Source: Lama glama (taxonomy: Eukaryota). Taken from it: a stretch of 64,000 nucleotides of DNA. The position numbers and the translations under genes are program-made. The DNA lies in NCBI GenBank assembly GCA_028534125.1, contig CM052816.1, positions 6,884,001-6,948,000 of the forward strand, given 5' to 3'. The notes below the pieces were generated by a model. It was not told where the DNA came from and did not search any database. It was given only the letters and a program-made list of their open reading frames with translations. This document shows positions 39,901-53,640 of the stretch, in pieces; position 1 is the stretch's first letter, and each line of letters begins with the position of its first letter.

Positions 39901-42726
39901 ACTTTAAATATGTGGAGCTGATTAAACTTCATTATACCTCAGGTTTTAAACAAAGGTTTTACTACAACACATCCACTTATAGCCACAGTCCAATAAGGGC
40001 CCATACTAAACAGGATAAATTTCACTTATTGGGATTATTTTAAAAATAAGATATGGCAAGTCTGCAAAAGTTGTACATCAAGTCGACAGCAATGCCAGCT
40101 TGGAAATCATTTAATCCACACTTCACTTGGAGGACTTGGTTGGTTTGGACATTAGTTATTGCCAATTCTGCTTAACAATGTCAAGGCTTCCTAAAGTAAG
40201 TTTTGAGTAACACTAAATCTGCAGGGGGTTAGTAAGCATTATGCAAAAAAAAAACAAAAACAACAGGAATCTGTAATCAAACGGATGGGAAACTTTAAAA
40301 CTGTATCCTCTACTACAGGACTTTCCCAAACTTTCCTCATGCCAGTGTGTGTTTTAACTGTAAAGGCCATGATGTGCCTGCAGTGCCTCCCAAGAGTATT
40401 TGATCTTGGGGTTCCTGTTTCCATAAACCTCTTCCCAGGGATAACATCCCATCTAATATGCTAGAGGCATTCTTTAAAGGAGAGCATTTCCAGCTCCTCC
40501 TTATCCTCCAGCTCCTGGCTGGGTAGTACTAAAGAGTGGAGATCAAAGGTCATAAAACAAGGGGCAATTGTATGCACATGTTCCCAATAGTTCAAACAAA
40601 GCATGAGGATTCTGAACCCAAAAATAAACTGCTTTTGCATTTTCCATTGTTCCATTTTTCCAGGACAGTAGCAAGAAAGATTTCTTCTCAGCACGATGGC
40701 ACTCCCCTTATGAACACAGATAATCAATCAGTAATTGGCTGTATTCAAAACAGAGTGACAGATTCAGCAGAGGAATAAAGAATGCCCATTAGAGGAGAGA
40801 AAGGAGGGGGCTTGGGAATCATCTCCATTAAGAGAGATGATCCCTACCACCAACAGCTACATCTCCAGGGGCCCCATTTATTACCATAACCTCCTACTTC
40901 AAACACGGAGTTCACGGAGTCTGGGTACCTCCATCCATCTTTCAGTTGACAAATGGCATCATAAATCTTCCTTTCACCTCTCAAAAGGGCCACAGCTGAG
41001 CCAGAGCATCCATCCCCCAGTCTCTCCCCGCCTCCTGCCTCTTCAACTGGAGCACCATTCTTCTAGAGCAATTAAACAAAACCAAGCTGTTCCACCCAGC
41101 AGAAATAGAGCTTGACCTTCTCCTAAAGGAGCCGAGGGCTCAGCCCCAGGAGACAAGCCAGCTGGGACGACTGAACAATGCAATGGGCAGAAGAAAGCAC
41201 ATGAATATTCAAGCATGTCCAGGGGCGGTGAGAGTCATTTACCCTAAAAGGAAGCCTGACTCCTCTCTCCCACTCTATAAAGGACTAAGAGAACCAGCCA
41301 GGTAACACTGAGCCCTTCCGATTTCCAGCGTTAACCAGACAGCATTCCAATGGCCAGAAATTGCTCAGATTCAAGGTGGAGAGCAAAGAGCCCTACCCGT
41401 AGCCCAACCCCTTATCCCCATTCTTTTTCACGGGGCTTCTCTGAGGATTAGGGTTTGAACAGCACTGTCCACAGCATCTTGCATCAGCCCCTGATTCTAA
41501 AAATAGAAAAATTCATGTTCAAAGAGACTTTCCCCAAATACACATAGTGGGTGATTAGTAAAAACCAGGGCAAGGACCCAACCCCCTAACCCTACATTTA
41601 TTACACATACTGTGAGATGAACTAGAGACTTCTAACCTTAAGGCCCTTGGATTTCTAGGTAAACTTCAGAAACATGCATGTATGTCCCAGAAGAGATTCC
41701 AGTTTTCATTACATACCCAAGGGAGTAGATAAAGTTAAGAATCATTGCCTACAACAAGGAATAATTCAGTTCCCAAAGCAGAAGGAATGGCAGAAAGAAG
41801 TTGGACTCAAATATCAGGTGCTAACTTCTGGGACAGAAGGAAAAACAAATATTTTGGGGAGGGGACATTGGTAGGTCTGCCCTATAGTAAAATATAAGAT
41901 GGGCGTATGGGTTTTCCATCCTCCCATCTTGTCTTTTAGTTTGATATCCCTAATCTAGTCTTCCATATTTTTCATTCTTTCTTCACTTATCCTCCATAGT
42001 CAAAAATGTATCTATACGATATCTCAAGCCCTCAGGCTTTGAATGCTTTTGAAAATCAATCCATGCTAAAGTATAAATTGTGTATTGAGGTTTTTCTTCA
42101 TATGTGTTTTTGTTGCCTTTAAACAAAGGAGTAACAACGGACTATCAGCCACCAGGGTAGTCTGGCTTAGAAGGCATTTGAGCATCCTCTCCAGGATATT
42201 CACAGATGGAGTTAATTTTTAAAGTCTAGTATCAGAGAAAAGAATAAAAATAATGCTTAATCAAAATTATCTTTGAAAACCCCATAAATCTCTCTTTAAG
42301 TATAATATAGTCAATGTAATCTTTTATATCAACACTGGATGGCAATATGCAGAAACAGCAACCACACTGTGCACAAAAATTCAAATCTTTAATCACTGAC
42401 ATAACACTTAGTGTGGCAAAATGTTTACACTAAGAGAAACCATGGAAATCAAGGCCAGCTGAACTCGTGTCTCTCACATCTCCCTTTTCGTGTTTACTCT
42501 GGAGTATTCCATTATAGGAGGGAATGGTAGGCAGGACTGCCTTGACTAACTTATTGTTTTCTCATGTATGTATTGTTATTTTGGCTGTTTTGTTTTGGCT
42601 TACCATGATTCTGGGTTTGTAAGATGTATCTCTGACACAATTCCACACTGAGAGAGTGGGCTATAGGTTTCTGCTCACATAATTATTGGCTTAAAGACTC
42701 ACCTGTTTTTGAAAGTCACCCTCATA

Positions 42727-42938
42727 TTTACAAATGTTAGCCAATATATATAACAATAAATTTTTAGAAGTTTCTGCTGTACAGCACAGGAAACTACATT
42801 CAATATCTTGTAATAACCTTCAATGAAAACAAATATATGTATGTATATGTACGACTGGGACATTGTGCTGTATACCAGAAACTGACACATTGTAACTGAT
42901 ACTTCAATAATTAATTAATTAATTAATTAATAAAAATA
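42727..42938 (+). mobile_element. Short young L1 3' end with a 15-bp TSD and a (TAAT)n tail
   Basis: TSD aaagtcaccctcata (42712-42726) / aaagtcactctcata (42939-42953). Confidence 0.9.
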
Positions 42939-43289
42939 AAAGTCACTCTCATAAGCTATCTCATATATGACCTTAGAGGAGAGAATTTGTCAGTTCTCTT
43001 TTGCTCTCTAGTTTCATAGAAAGATGAATGAATAAGGAAGTCACTAAGTCTGGACTTACCTAGACTTGAGGAGCCGAAGTAAAAGGGCATTGATGGATAG
43101 TTAAGAGACATGAGTTCATATCCTTGTATTGCCAGTGACTCACTGGGGAACCTCAGGATAGCCTTATCCTCTCCACATCCCAGTATCTCCACCTATACAA
43201 GGAGGAGATTAACACTGAAAAACCCTACATTTCTTGCTAGCTCTGAAATGCTGTGCTACTGGCCAAACTCTGCCCCTAGTTGGATACCG

Positions 43290-43490
43290 TCAGCCATTAG
43301 CTTCCCCGACCTGGGCTCAAATCCTGCCTCTTCTACTTCGAGCTGTGTGACCTCTGACCTTACTTAACTTCTTTATGACTCAAGCCCCTCCCCTGGAGGA
43401 CAGAATAAAGGTCCGGACTTCACAGAATCACATGAGATAATGCGTAGAAAGAACGTAAGCAGCATGGGCACGTGGTTAAGTGATGAACAC
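43290..43490 (+). mobile_element. MIR SINE
   Basis: 'gacctgggctcaaatcctgcctcttctacttcgagctgtgtgacct'. Confidence 0.75.
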
Positions 43491-44799
43491 ACAGAAGCCA
43501 TTGTGACCATGAAATGGGAGAGCTGGGCTAGCTGACCTTCAAATCCACTCTTCCCTGGATCTAACACCCATTTTCTGGGCAGTCACGTTTGTCTGCTGCA
43601 GGTCAGCCTCACATCACTGAGACTTAATCAAGTGCTCAGACTGCTGTCCAGGAGTAAGAACTGACTGCACCAGGGGCAGCAAGGAAATGTTGGCCCTCGT
43701 GGAGAAAACCTCACCATTATTCAAGAGCTTAAGATGGCAGTGCTACGTAGTCAGATAAGTGGGGGCACCAGGCAGATGGGGGAGAGGGAGGATGATCCCG
43801 AGGATGGCGCTGTACCTGCCTCCAGCATAAAAGGACTTTACTTCTAAATGAGCGCCAGCAAAAAACTGGTTAAAACCCGACAGCCACCTTTCTCAGCAGC
43901 AGCAGAAAGGACTTAACTGGATACAACCCAATGTTCATTGTATTATAATTAACATTATATTTAGCCCGCCCCTCACCATGCATTTTCCTGTGTACACCAT
44001 GGGTAAGGACATGTGCAAAGGGGCCAAGCATGACTAAGCATTCCAGGGACAAGAGCCGTCAATCAACCAAGAAACCACCTCTAAGTGAGGGTATAAGAGA
44101 AAGGGGAGACAAAAACCGCCACCCTTCCTCCCGTGAATCAGCCAGTCTCCCATTCTTAGAGGTGTACTTGTCCTTTTTTTAAAATAAATCTTTTAAAATC
44201 TTTCACTGCACAATGCACCATGTCCTGATTATAAACTTGTCTTTCGGGTAGACAAGAACCTAAGTCTTCACCTGTTGGGGTAATCACCGTATTATCTAGC
44301 AGGTACAGCCCCATTCCCCAAGAACTGGAGGCTAGGATTCTGCTCATTGCCCACCACAAATTGTGATCCAACCAATCCATTCTGTCTCTGTCATTACCTG
44401 TATAAAAGCCATCCCCCAGCCCCGGCCATGCAGTGCCTTACGAAGGGCACAGATGAATTCCAAGATGGGGCGGCATGATCTTTCTCTGATCCCAGCCCTC
44501 TCGAGGAGTCACTGTACAGGTCTTCACAGAGAATGAGGTGTGGGATTTGCCATGTTCACAATGTTATGTCAAATCTGTTTGTGGTGCGCTTTGCTTGATC
44601 CTTGAGTCAATTCCACAAGGGAAGCAGAGTAGCTAATATGGCCCTGGGATGTGACATGATTCACATAGGTCACAGAGCAAACGAGTGCAGCAGCAAGGCG
44701 GCAGACTTCATTATCTTAACCCCAAATTTAGTTCTTAGGCACTTATTTTCCCAGCCACCAAACAAAAAGAATCTTGCCCCCTCCCCACCCCCACTCTTC

Positions 44800-45620
44800 A
44801 GTCCAAAATACCTCATGGTCTCTATGGTGACCGGAAAATGCCCTAATAGCCCAAGTCATGGAGGTCTCCCAAAGCTGACATCCTCAGCTCTTGCCTGATT
44901 CCTGACCTCTGCCTCATTCTGAATCTTCCCAGACCTATGGGAATAATGCTCTGTCCACCCCACCTGCCCCCTACCCCATAAAAGAAAATGGGTTGAAAGA
45001 GCACACTTGCTGACCAGTTGGCCATCTCCTAAAAGGTCACCCATCTTCTCTGTTCTGCCTTGCTCCACCCCGGCATGAGAGCCCAGAGGCTGCCTTAGCC
45101 GCCTCTGCAATGCGACGGTTCTCTCTCGCCTTCTCCCAGACCGCTCATTGCTAGGAGCAGAAGTGCCGAGCACTCTCTTCTGTCTGAACTAAGGGCTACT
45201 GGGCTGCCAGACAAGGCTGGGGGAAGCAGATGGGGACGAGGGGATTCAGCTCTCCGCTCGACCCCAAATGCAGCCCAGCAACCTCCATCTGCAGCATCCC
45301 CCCCAGCCACTCAATCCAACCCACGCATCCTCTCCAGTACGCATGTGCGCTCTGACTCGGCTTGGAGACAGGGCTGCTCAATAGCTCCTGGTGAGATGGA
45401 TGGAGGGAGATCCAACCCCCTCCCCCTGAATGGAAACTGGATTCTTGGCAATGAGGCTGGGTTGGAAATGTATCTGTGCTGCAGGAAACCCAAATTTACA
45501 GAGAGACGATTGATTCAATGCAGAAAAGGTGTGCATTAAATGGAACCAGTTCCCAGTTAAAATTGTGCAGCTGCAGGTTTGACGTCAGTGGCCTCAGCCT
45601 CCGCCTTCTGTGCAGATTCT
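44800..45620. promoter_or_regulatory. Candidate promoter or enhancer
   Basis: No recognisable repeats and locally GC/CpG-richer. Perfect CRE TGACGTCA at 45580-45587, RFX X-box-like GTCTCTATGGTGAC at 44818-44831, NRF1-like ACGCATGTGCGC near 45339-45350. Confidence 0.4.
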
Positions 45621-45859
45621 CAGCAATCCATCACTTCTTCTCCTCCCACTCAGGGACTTGATGTCTCCATGTGGTCTTCCTCTCCCTTTGTCAAAGACTG
45701 CTTTCAGAAAAGCCATCTCCTATCCGTCCTTTACAGTAAAGCAAGAATGTCAGTCACTGTATTTTCTCTGCTATAAATATTTCCATGATCAGCTTCATCT
45801 CTCAGTGTGGAATGGAAGGAAGGTGGTCATTCTCTGGGGCCAGAGGATAAGGTATGGAT

Positions 45860-46540
45860 GAATGAGCAGGGAGCTAGAGACTGAAGTATGGAGTCCTGTG
45901 TGAGTTCAAGTGAGACATTTCACTTCTCTGAGCCTTCACTCTCTTCACTCTCTGACAGATGGGCAGGATAAGATCAGAGAGAGCTATCTCATGGGGCTGC
46001 TTCATCAGAGAATTTGTCGACAAGATTCAGTGATTAGAAACATGGGCTTAAAGTCAGTCATACCTGAATTTAAACCCTAGCTCCAGCTGTGTGACCTAAA
46101 GCAAGTTACATACTCTAAGGCTCAGCTTGTCCGTCTGTAACACCAGGGTAGTTAAATTGTAAATATTTCACAAAGTTGAAAGAACTTTTATAAAATGGAA
46201 TCTATATAATGTAGTGGTTAAAATCATGGACTCTGTCATCAGATTATGTAGGTTCAAGTCCAGCTCTACTCTTTACTACCTGTGTGACATTGGAAAAGTC
46301 ACTTAACCTCTCTGTGCTTCAGTTTTATCATCTGTAAAATGCTATTATCTACTGCAATTGATAGTTACAAGGATTCGGTGATTAAATGTACATGTAAAGT
46401 ATCTACAAGAGTATCTGGCACTAACACATAATAAGCCTTAGTAAGTATGAGCTATAATTAGTGTGGTTATTTAAGTAAAGCCCTTAGTACCAATCCTGAC
46501 ACATGTAAGTACTCAGTAAATGATGGTCATGACTATAATG
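45860..46540 (+). mobile_element. Cluster of nested MIRs, including a near full-length copy at about 46208-46470
   Basis: 'gtagtggttaaaatcatggactctg...cacttaacctctctgtgcttcagttttatcatctgtaaaatg'. Confidence 0.85.
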
Positions 46541-47897
46541 TCCAAATATGTAACAGTGTCATCCATATAGTATTATCTCTATAATGGTGACTACCCCTGA
46601 AACCCCATCATGTGAGGATGACTTTGGTCCTTAAAAATCAAGTGACAGGGTTGGGACTGAGGCAGGCTTAGGATTTTCAGGGACTTGCAGGGCAGTGGGT
46701 GGAAGCAGTAACATGCCCAATGTGGTGGACGTAGAAGGAAAGAAGGAGGTTGAAAAGAGAGAGAAGGAAAATAAGAAGAATAGCTTTGCTGTAGTACATG
46801 GATTCTGCAGCTGGTGTGACCCTCTGCTTGCATCGACTTACAAGTGTGACTAAGCTCTCAACAGCCCTGCCAAAGCTGCTGGCCAAGAATTCATTCCTAT
46901 GCAATGTTGGCAAATGCCTCTCCATGTCACAGAAGCAGCATTTTGTGGGTTCTATATCCAATCTTCTTACTTACACACGAAGCAGTTGAGGCCCAGAGAG
47001 GGAAAGGAGTTACCCTAAGTCACCCAGCTGACGAGTGGCAGTCAGAACTAGAACCAGGATTTCTAAATCCAAGTCCAAGGTCCTATCTACTAGATCAGGT
47101 ACTTATAAATGGAAACTATGGCACAGGGAAGTGACCCTACACCTTAAAACAGGTCCTCTTACTGGGAAATGCCCAGGAAAATGGTGTTTGGAATACCCAG
47201 ATGTGCACTCTTGTCTTCCCCTGGGTGAGAGATGTTTATCTGCCCTTTCCCCTCTCTACTGTCTCTCCTCAGCTTCTGTGCCCAAGTGCTTTGCAGACAT
47301 GCCCTGAAGATCATCTAGCCCATGGAATTATATAATGTCTCCGTGCCGTCCTTCCCTGAGGGGCTCCAGATGTTCATGCCACTGATATCACTGCTGCAAG
47401 GCTCACTTGGAAAGGGAGGAAGTTTCAGACACAGCTAAGAGCAAAAGAAAAAGGTTACTCTGTGGTTATCATAGATAATCTATCCCCATATTTATGATGC
47501 CTGCCTTTCCTTCTTCTTATTGGACAGATGGTCCTGGAGTTAAAATATTTCTATCCAATAAAACGCAAAAAGGAAGTAGCTATAACTGCTGCTGCTGCTG
47601 GGCCTCATTCAGGCTTTTCTGCAGACGATGCTGGGGAAAGCAGCTCAAAATGTTCTGCAGAGATGACTGTCAAAACGTCCACATTCGATCTACAGGAGAC
47701 ACTACTCAGACTCTCTACAACCCCATCTCTAGAACCCAATCACTAACCCATCCTTCAGCCAGACTAAATTCCAAAGAGGTATGCAGTAAATTCTCTCTTG
47801 TCCCTGTGTTATGAATGCAGCTAAAACCTGATCTTTGAACTAGTCATTGCCAAACATCATTACACAGGATTCCATGAAGTTGACAAAGACAAAATAT

Positions 47898-48859
47898 TTT
47901 TTTTTACATTTTTATTGATTCATAATCATTTTACAGTGTTGTGTCAAATTCCAGTGTTCAGCACAATTTTTCAATCATTCATGGACATATACACACTCAT
48001 TGTCACATTTTTTTCTCTGTGATTTATCATAACATTTTGTGTATATTTCCCTGTGCTATACAGTGTAATCTTGTTTATCTGTTCTACAATTTTGANNNNN
48101 NNNNNNNNNNNNNNNNNNNNNNNNNNNNNNNNNNNNNNNNNNNNNNNNNNNNNNNNNNNNNNNNNNNNNNNNNNNNNNNNNNNNNNNNNNNNNNNNNNNN
48201 NNNNNNNNNNNNNNNNNNNNNNNNNNNNNNNNNNNNNNNNNNNNNNNNNNNNNNNNNNNNNNNNNNNNNNNNNNNNNNNNNNNNNNNNNNNNNNNNNNNN
48301 NNNNNNNNNNNNNNNNNNNNNNNNNNNNNNNNNNNNNNNNNNNNNNNNNNNNNNNNNNNNNNNNNNNNNNNNNNNNNNNNNNNNNNNNNNNNNNNNNNNN
48401 NNNNNNNNNNNNNNNNNNNNNNNNNNNNNNNNNNNNNNNNNNNNNNNNNNNNNNNNNNNNNNNNNNNNNNNNNNNNNNNNNNNNNNNNNNNNNNNNNNNN
48501 NNNNNNNNNNNNNNNNNNNNNNNNNNNNNNNNNNNNNNNNNNNNNNNNNNNNNNNNNNNNNNNNNNNNNNNNNNNNNNNNNNNNNNNNNNNNNNNTTTTT
48601 ACATTTTTATTGATTCATAATCATTTTACAGTGTTGTGTCAAATTCCAGTGTTCAGCACAATTTTTCAATCATTCATGGACATATACACACTCATTGTCA
48701 CATTTTTTTCTCTGTGATTTATCATAACATTTTGTGTATATTTCCCTGTGCTATACAGTGTAATCTTGTTTATCTGTTCTACAATTTTGAAATCCCAGTC
48801 TATCCCTTCCCACCCTCTACCCCGCCCCCCCCCCCCGGTAACCACAAGTCTGTATTCTC
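47898..48859 (-). mobile_element. Young antisense L1 3' end, represented twice around a gap
   Basis: Perfect 17-bp TSD tgacaaagacaaaatat at 47881-47897 and 48860-48876. Confidence 0.9.
48096..48595. other. Assembly gap (500 N), probably spurious
   Basis: Flanks 47901-48095 and 48596-48790 are identical. Confidence 0.95.
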
Positions 48860-49609
48860 TGACAAAGACAAAATATAATGTAGTCATTCTTTCAAGGAGC
48901 CAAGAGTTTGGTAGGGGAGATACAGTATGTACTTATTAAAAATCAAACAGAACTCTAAAATGCATCACTTATTAACCCCTGACGCAGTCTTTGTCGACTT
49001 CCTACTAAAGTATCCAGAAGACAGAGGGAAAAAACACATAAAAATTCATAATAATAAAAATGGAATCTGGCAAGAATGTTTACTAATTTTGAGACAGCTG
49101 ATGTTGTTAGAGAAACACTGGGCAAAGCCTTGCCAGGTTTTAACCTCTTGAAACCCTAAAAAGTATTTCCCCACTGTTCGCCCTACTCAGACTCAAGCAA
49201 ATCACCAAACAGCCATCTCCCTATTACATGGATGCTTCCTTCGGAGAAGGCTGTAGCAGTGCTTGGTACATGGTGCATGCTCATTAAATATGTGCTGAAT
49301 ATTTAAATAAATGAACAACCCATTATCACACTGATCCACCCATTGTCACACTGCTACTCATAACACCCTAATTCTACATTGTTTGAGAGACAGCAACTCT
49401 GTGGGCATGAAGCAGGGAAAGCGGGGAATGGCAAACTGCATCCTAGAAGATGTCATTAAAATTCAGCCCAGAAGAGAAAAAAAGGATCTCTGGAAGCAAT
49501 ACATGCTGAAAATTAGATTTTACATGTGTTCCATTGATTCAGAGTATCAGCAAGAAAGGTAGAAGGACCAGGATGAAATGCCACCTTAGCAGAATAGAGT
49601 GTCACAGAT

Positions 49610-49825
49610 CAGAGTTTCTCAGTTTTGGCACTATGAACACTAGGCCACATAACTGTTTCTGTTGGGAGTATCTTGTACATTGTAGGGTGTTCAGCAGCAT
49701 CCCTGACCCCTGTTCACTAGATATGAGTAGTACACTCACTCCTCCCCAATTTGTAACCAAAAATGTCTCCAGACATTATCAAATGTCCCTTGAAGGACAC
49801 AATTAAGCTCAGTTGAGAACCACTG
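49610..49825 (+). mobile_element. MER20 hAT transposon with an 8-bp TSD
   Basis: Termini cagagtttctc...gagaaccactg; 'ccaaaaatgtctccagacatt'; TSD tcacagat at 49602-49609 and 49826-49833. Confidence 0.92.
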
Positions 49826-49949
49826 TCACAGATGAATGTTTAAACAGCTAGAAATCATATGGTAAGCTATTCACATCACACTGCCCTCTGGTTGTAAAGC
49901 TGACCCATCACCACACAAATACACTTGGATGAGAGTCAGGGGAAGGCTA

Positions 49950-52900
49950 TATCCTTCAACAATGACCAACTGAAGGTTCTGAGATACTTAGAAGGATAAC
50001 TACTGTGAAAAAAGTTACAGACTTTCCGGGGGGGTGGGGGGGAAACAAAGGAAAAGGAAGGTTATCAAAAAGACCCCAGAAATAATCTGCTGCAAGATGC
50101 AGAAGAAAATTTCAGGAAACTGTTTTGTGTTCTCAACAAAAAGCACAAAGATCTAGCATCTGTGAAATAAGCAGAAAGCCATGGGGACAGATAGCCAATA
50201 TGAAAAGGTAACAAATATGATATGACTCAATGAGATAAAAGGATAGAATGAAATAAAAGTCGATGAGATTTTTGGAAACTTTTAACAAAAACTAAAAATA
50301 TAATCACAGAATCAAACTACACAAGGGAGGCAGTAAATAAGGAGAACTGATAAAGCAGAAAAATCACAACAGTAACATGAGGTGCTTTCCCAGGCTGCAA
50401 AGAGAAAGGGAAAAGATAAAAATCATGAGAAAATTGGAAGAAAGAAAATAAAAAGCTAATATATAGACAGAATTTCTCAAAACGGCATTAAGAAAAAAAA
50501 AGAAAGGCAATAACCAAACATAACATAAAAATTAAATGTGTTCAGATGGAAAAAATTCATATATTCACAAAATGAAAAGGTCCACTGGTTTCCTGAAAAT
50601 TCAATTAAAAGCCACCCTCACATAAAAAAATAGCATGATCTTTTCAGAAATTATATGAATAAAGGGAATAATGCTTCATGTATGCAGATAATTTTCTTTC
50701 TTTGAAAGAAAAATGGGATTTCTATGAAGAAACCAAAATGAGGCAGTTCTCGTATTTCTGCTCTGAAATGAGTTATAACCCAAGAATCATCTTCAGCTAC
50801 CTTGTCCTAGGTAGGCAAGGGCTCAGGAAAACATGCTGTCCATGTTCACGTCTTTTGAAAAACTATTTAAAGGTATAGCCCAAAGAGCAAAGAAATGGAA
50901 AAAAAAAGAAGACTTCAAAAATAGAGAATTGATGATATAAAAAGATTGGCATTGAACACTGAAATCAGGTAACAAGAGATGAATATCAGTAATCACAACT
51001 CTAGATAAAATAATGTGAAAATTATTGAAATAGAACATAAAAATCACTAATTTAGCATGAATAATCTAAATCCCAAGATTACATTAATAAAGAGTGAGAT
51101 GTGCATGTGGGAGATCAGAAGTTTTACTGAATGTGTCCTCAGTGTTTTAAAGTAAATGCAGTTTTGCTCTTGACAAAATTAGATAAATATAGATTAAATG
51201 TTGCTCTCAAAAACATTTAATCACAAAAAATATTTAACTATTCAAAAACACCAGGAAAAAAAATGAGCATATACTCTATAAAACAGAGGATAAAACAAGG
51301 AAATACAACATAAAATAAGACATTATAATAGACATTAAAATAAATACAAATGAGTTTAACAACTCTTTTAAATGACAAAAACTCTCAAAATGAGTAAACC
51401 CTTCTCCCATACACATAGCTAAATTCCATTCTACTGAAAAACATCTCTAAAACCTAATAGCATACCCACCAAAAAAGTTTTAAAACTTAAATGGAGAAAA
51501 GACATGAGAGGCAACTTAAAAAAACTGGGATCACAATATTGTTACTGGAAAAGTTGAGCTCAAAGTTCAAAACAGAAGCCTTAAAGAAAGTAAAACAAAT
51601 ATAAAGAATAGAATGCATAATAAAAAATATTATATTTTTATGCACCAAGAAAATTTTTGGAAATACATTACATAGATTATTAAGGAGAAAAATTAGTACT
51701 AATATAATTAAATACACCTAAATCTTTGACTGGAAAAGTGAACAAAAATTAAGATAAGGACATGAATATGAATTAATTATGTTGATTTAACAAACTGGGA
51801 ATCCCTACAATAAGGAAACGCAGCTTTCTTCTAGCACTTAGAGTAATAATAATCAATCATTTATTAAGCCACAATGAATACTCAGTAAGTGGCAAAAATC
51901 AACGTATAGATCACATTTTAGATTACAATGCAAATAAAATTAGAAATTAGTTTCAAGTTTTTAAAATACCAACTTCTTTGAAATTATTAACACTTTGCTA
52001 AATACTAAATGAGTATTCTCACATACTCTCTCCAAATACTGTTGAGTGAAAGTAAAAATGAAAATCATTATTACAAATTACTTCAAAAATAAAATTTGAG
52101 ACTTCTACATATTGAAATATATGAGACGTAGTCAAAGCTGTACATGTATTAAAATTTATAACTTCACATGCATCAGTATTCAATAAGAAAAATGGAAATA
52201 AATGGATTAAGCATTGAAGACAAGATATTAGAAAAATAATAAACTAAGGTAAGCAAATATAATTAACTCAACATTAAAATTTAATTGATTGACTTGAATA
52301 AATTATCCAAGGGACCATTCAATTTTAATAAATACTTCTAGAAAAATCTGAGAAAAAAGCTAAAGCTAATGCAAAATATTAATGAGATTTTCTTTTTCAC
52401 TATAAAGAACACCAAGTTTCTGAAATCTCATTGAAATAGATTATTTTCTAGGAAGAGATAAGTCAACAAAATTCACTCAAGAAGACAAAAAAAACTTTAC
52501 TATTTTAATTGTAAAGGAAGAAACTGAAATAAAAATTTGAACTATATCTTGCATTATTGCCAAAAATAATTTGCAGTGTTATTAAGAATAAAATTTAAAG
52601 TGTAGATCTTAAGTAGAAGAAAAAGTATGTGAGGTTTTTATAAATCCTCATGCATATAAAGAAAAATATCTACATAGAGGAAAAACATCTACATAAAGAA
52701 AAAACATACAGATTTGACTATACTGAATCAGAATTTCAGAATGAAAAACATTTTTAAATACTAAAAATAAAATGCAGAAATTGGAAAAGATGGTTTCACA
52801 TACATGACAGAAAAAAAAATGCCCTTAATATAAATAGGAAATAGACAATAATTAAAGAGATATAAATGACAAGAAAATGAAAAAAAAATAGTTCAGCTTC

Positions 52901-53640
52901 TCTAGCATGCAACAAGCAAATTCAAATAAAAATAAGGTACATTTGCTTCTACTGAATTGATCTTTTAAATGATAATTCCCAGTTTTAACAGGTGGAGAGA
53001 ATATAACATTCTGCCCTCTACAGAAGACAAACACATAAATTAATTTTTTTCAAGTCTTTGTAGAAGACAATTTGGCCATTTGTATCAAAAGCCTAAATAC
53101 ACACATATTTCTTGACCCAATGATTCTACTTGTAGGAATTTATCCTAATGAAATGGGTGTACCAGACAATTTAGAGAGATGTTCATTTTACTATTATTCA
53201 CTATATAAAACATTGTTTGCAGTGTAAATATCCAATATAAAGAATAACTTGTGAAATATTCAAATTATAAAATATTACACAAGCATTAATTACACAAAAT
53301 ACTAAATGTCATATGAAAAGCTTTTTTTAAAGCCTATTTTTTCAAGAAAAGAGTATCACAATTCCAGCCATACATCGTAACCATCTCCAAACATGTTATA
53401 CATTCGGATTCCAGTCTTTATCCAGGCTGCTGAATCAGCCTAAGGTCACAACCCAGGAATCTCTATTTTTACCACACTCCATATATAAAGATCTGTATGT
53501 GATAGAGAAATAAAGACTAAACATATACACAACCTGGGTATGTACTTCTGGGTAAAAAGAATACAGGTAATTTTTATTTGTCCTTTATGTGCACTTTCTA
53601 CTTTTTGTATAATGAATACATTTATCAATTTAAAAATCAT
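49950..53640 (+). mobile_element. Old, degraded L1 (L1ME-like)
   Basis: Long A-rich tract with L1 remnants such as 'gatcacattttagattacaatgcaaataaaattagaaatta' and 'ttgacccaatgattctacttgtaggaatttatccta'. Confidence 0.7.

Larger units (their letters stand above)
35660..39945 (+). mobile_element. Old L1 (L1MC/L1MD-like): ORF1, ORF2 EN/RT start, internal deletion, 3' end
   Basis: ORF1 motif 'ctagaattttacacccagcaaaaatatc'; EN region 'gattggataaaaaagcaagacc'; RT-flank 'ccaggctcagatggcatcaatggtaaattctaccaaacattt' (PGSDGINGKFYQTF). Jumps to the 3' end near 39410. Heavily stop-interrupted. Confidence 0.85.

Noticed and set aside
49878..49895. CTCF-like motifs (here, near 13985-13999 and in MER20 near 61085-61098)
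   Set aside because: Only partial matches to a degenerate motif; cannot be supported without a PWM scan or ChIP data.
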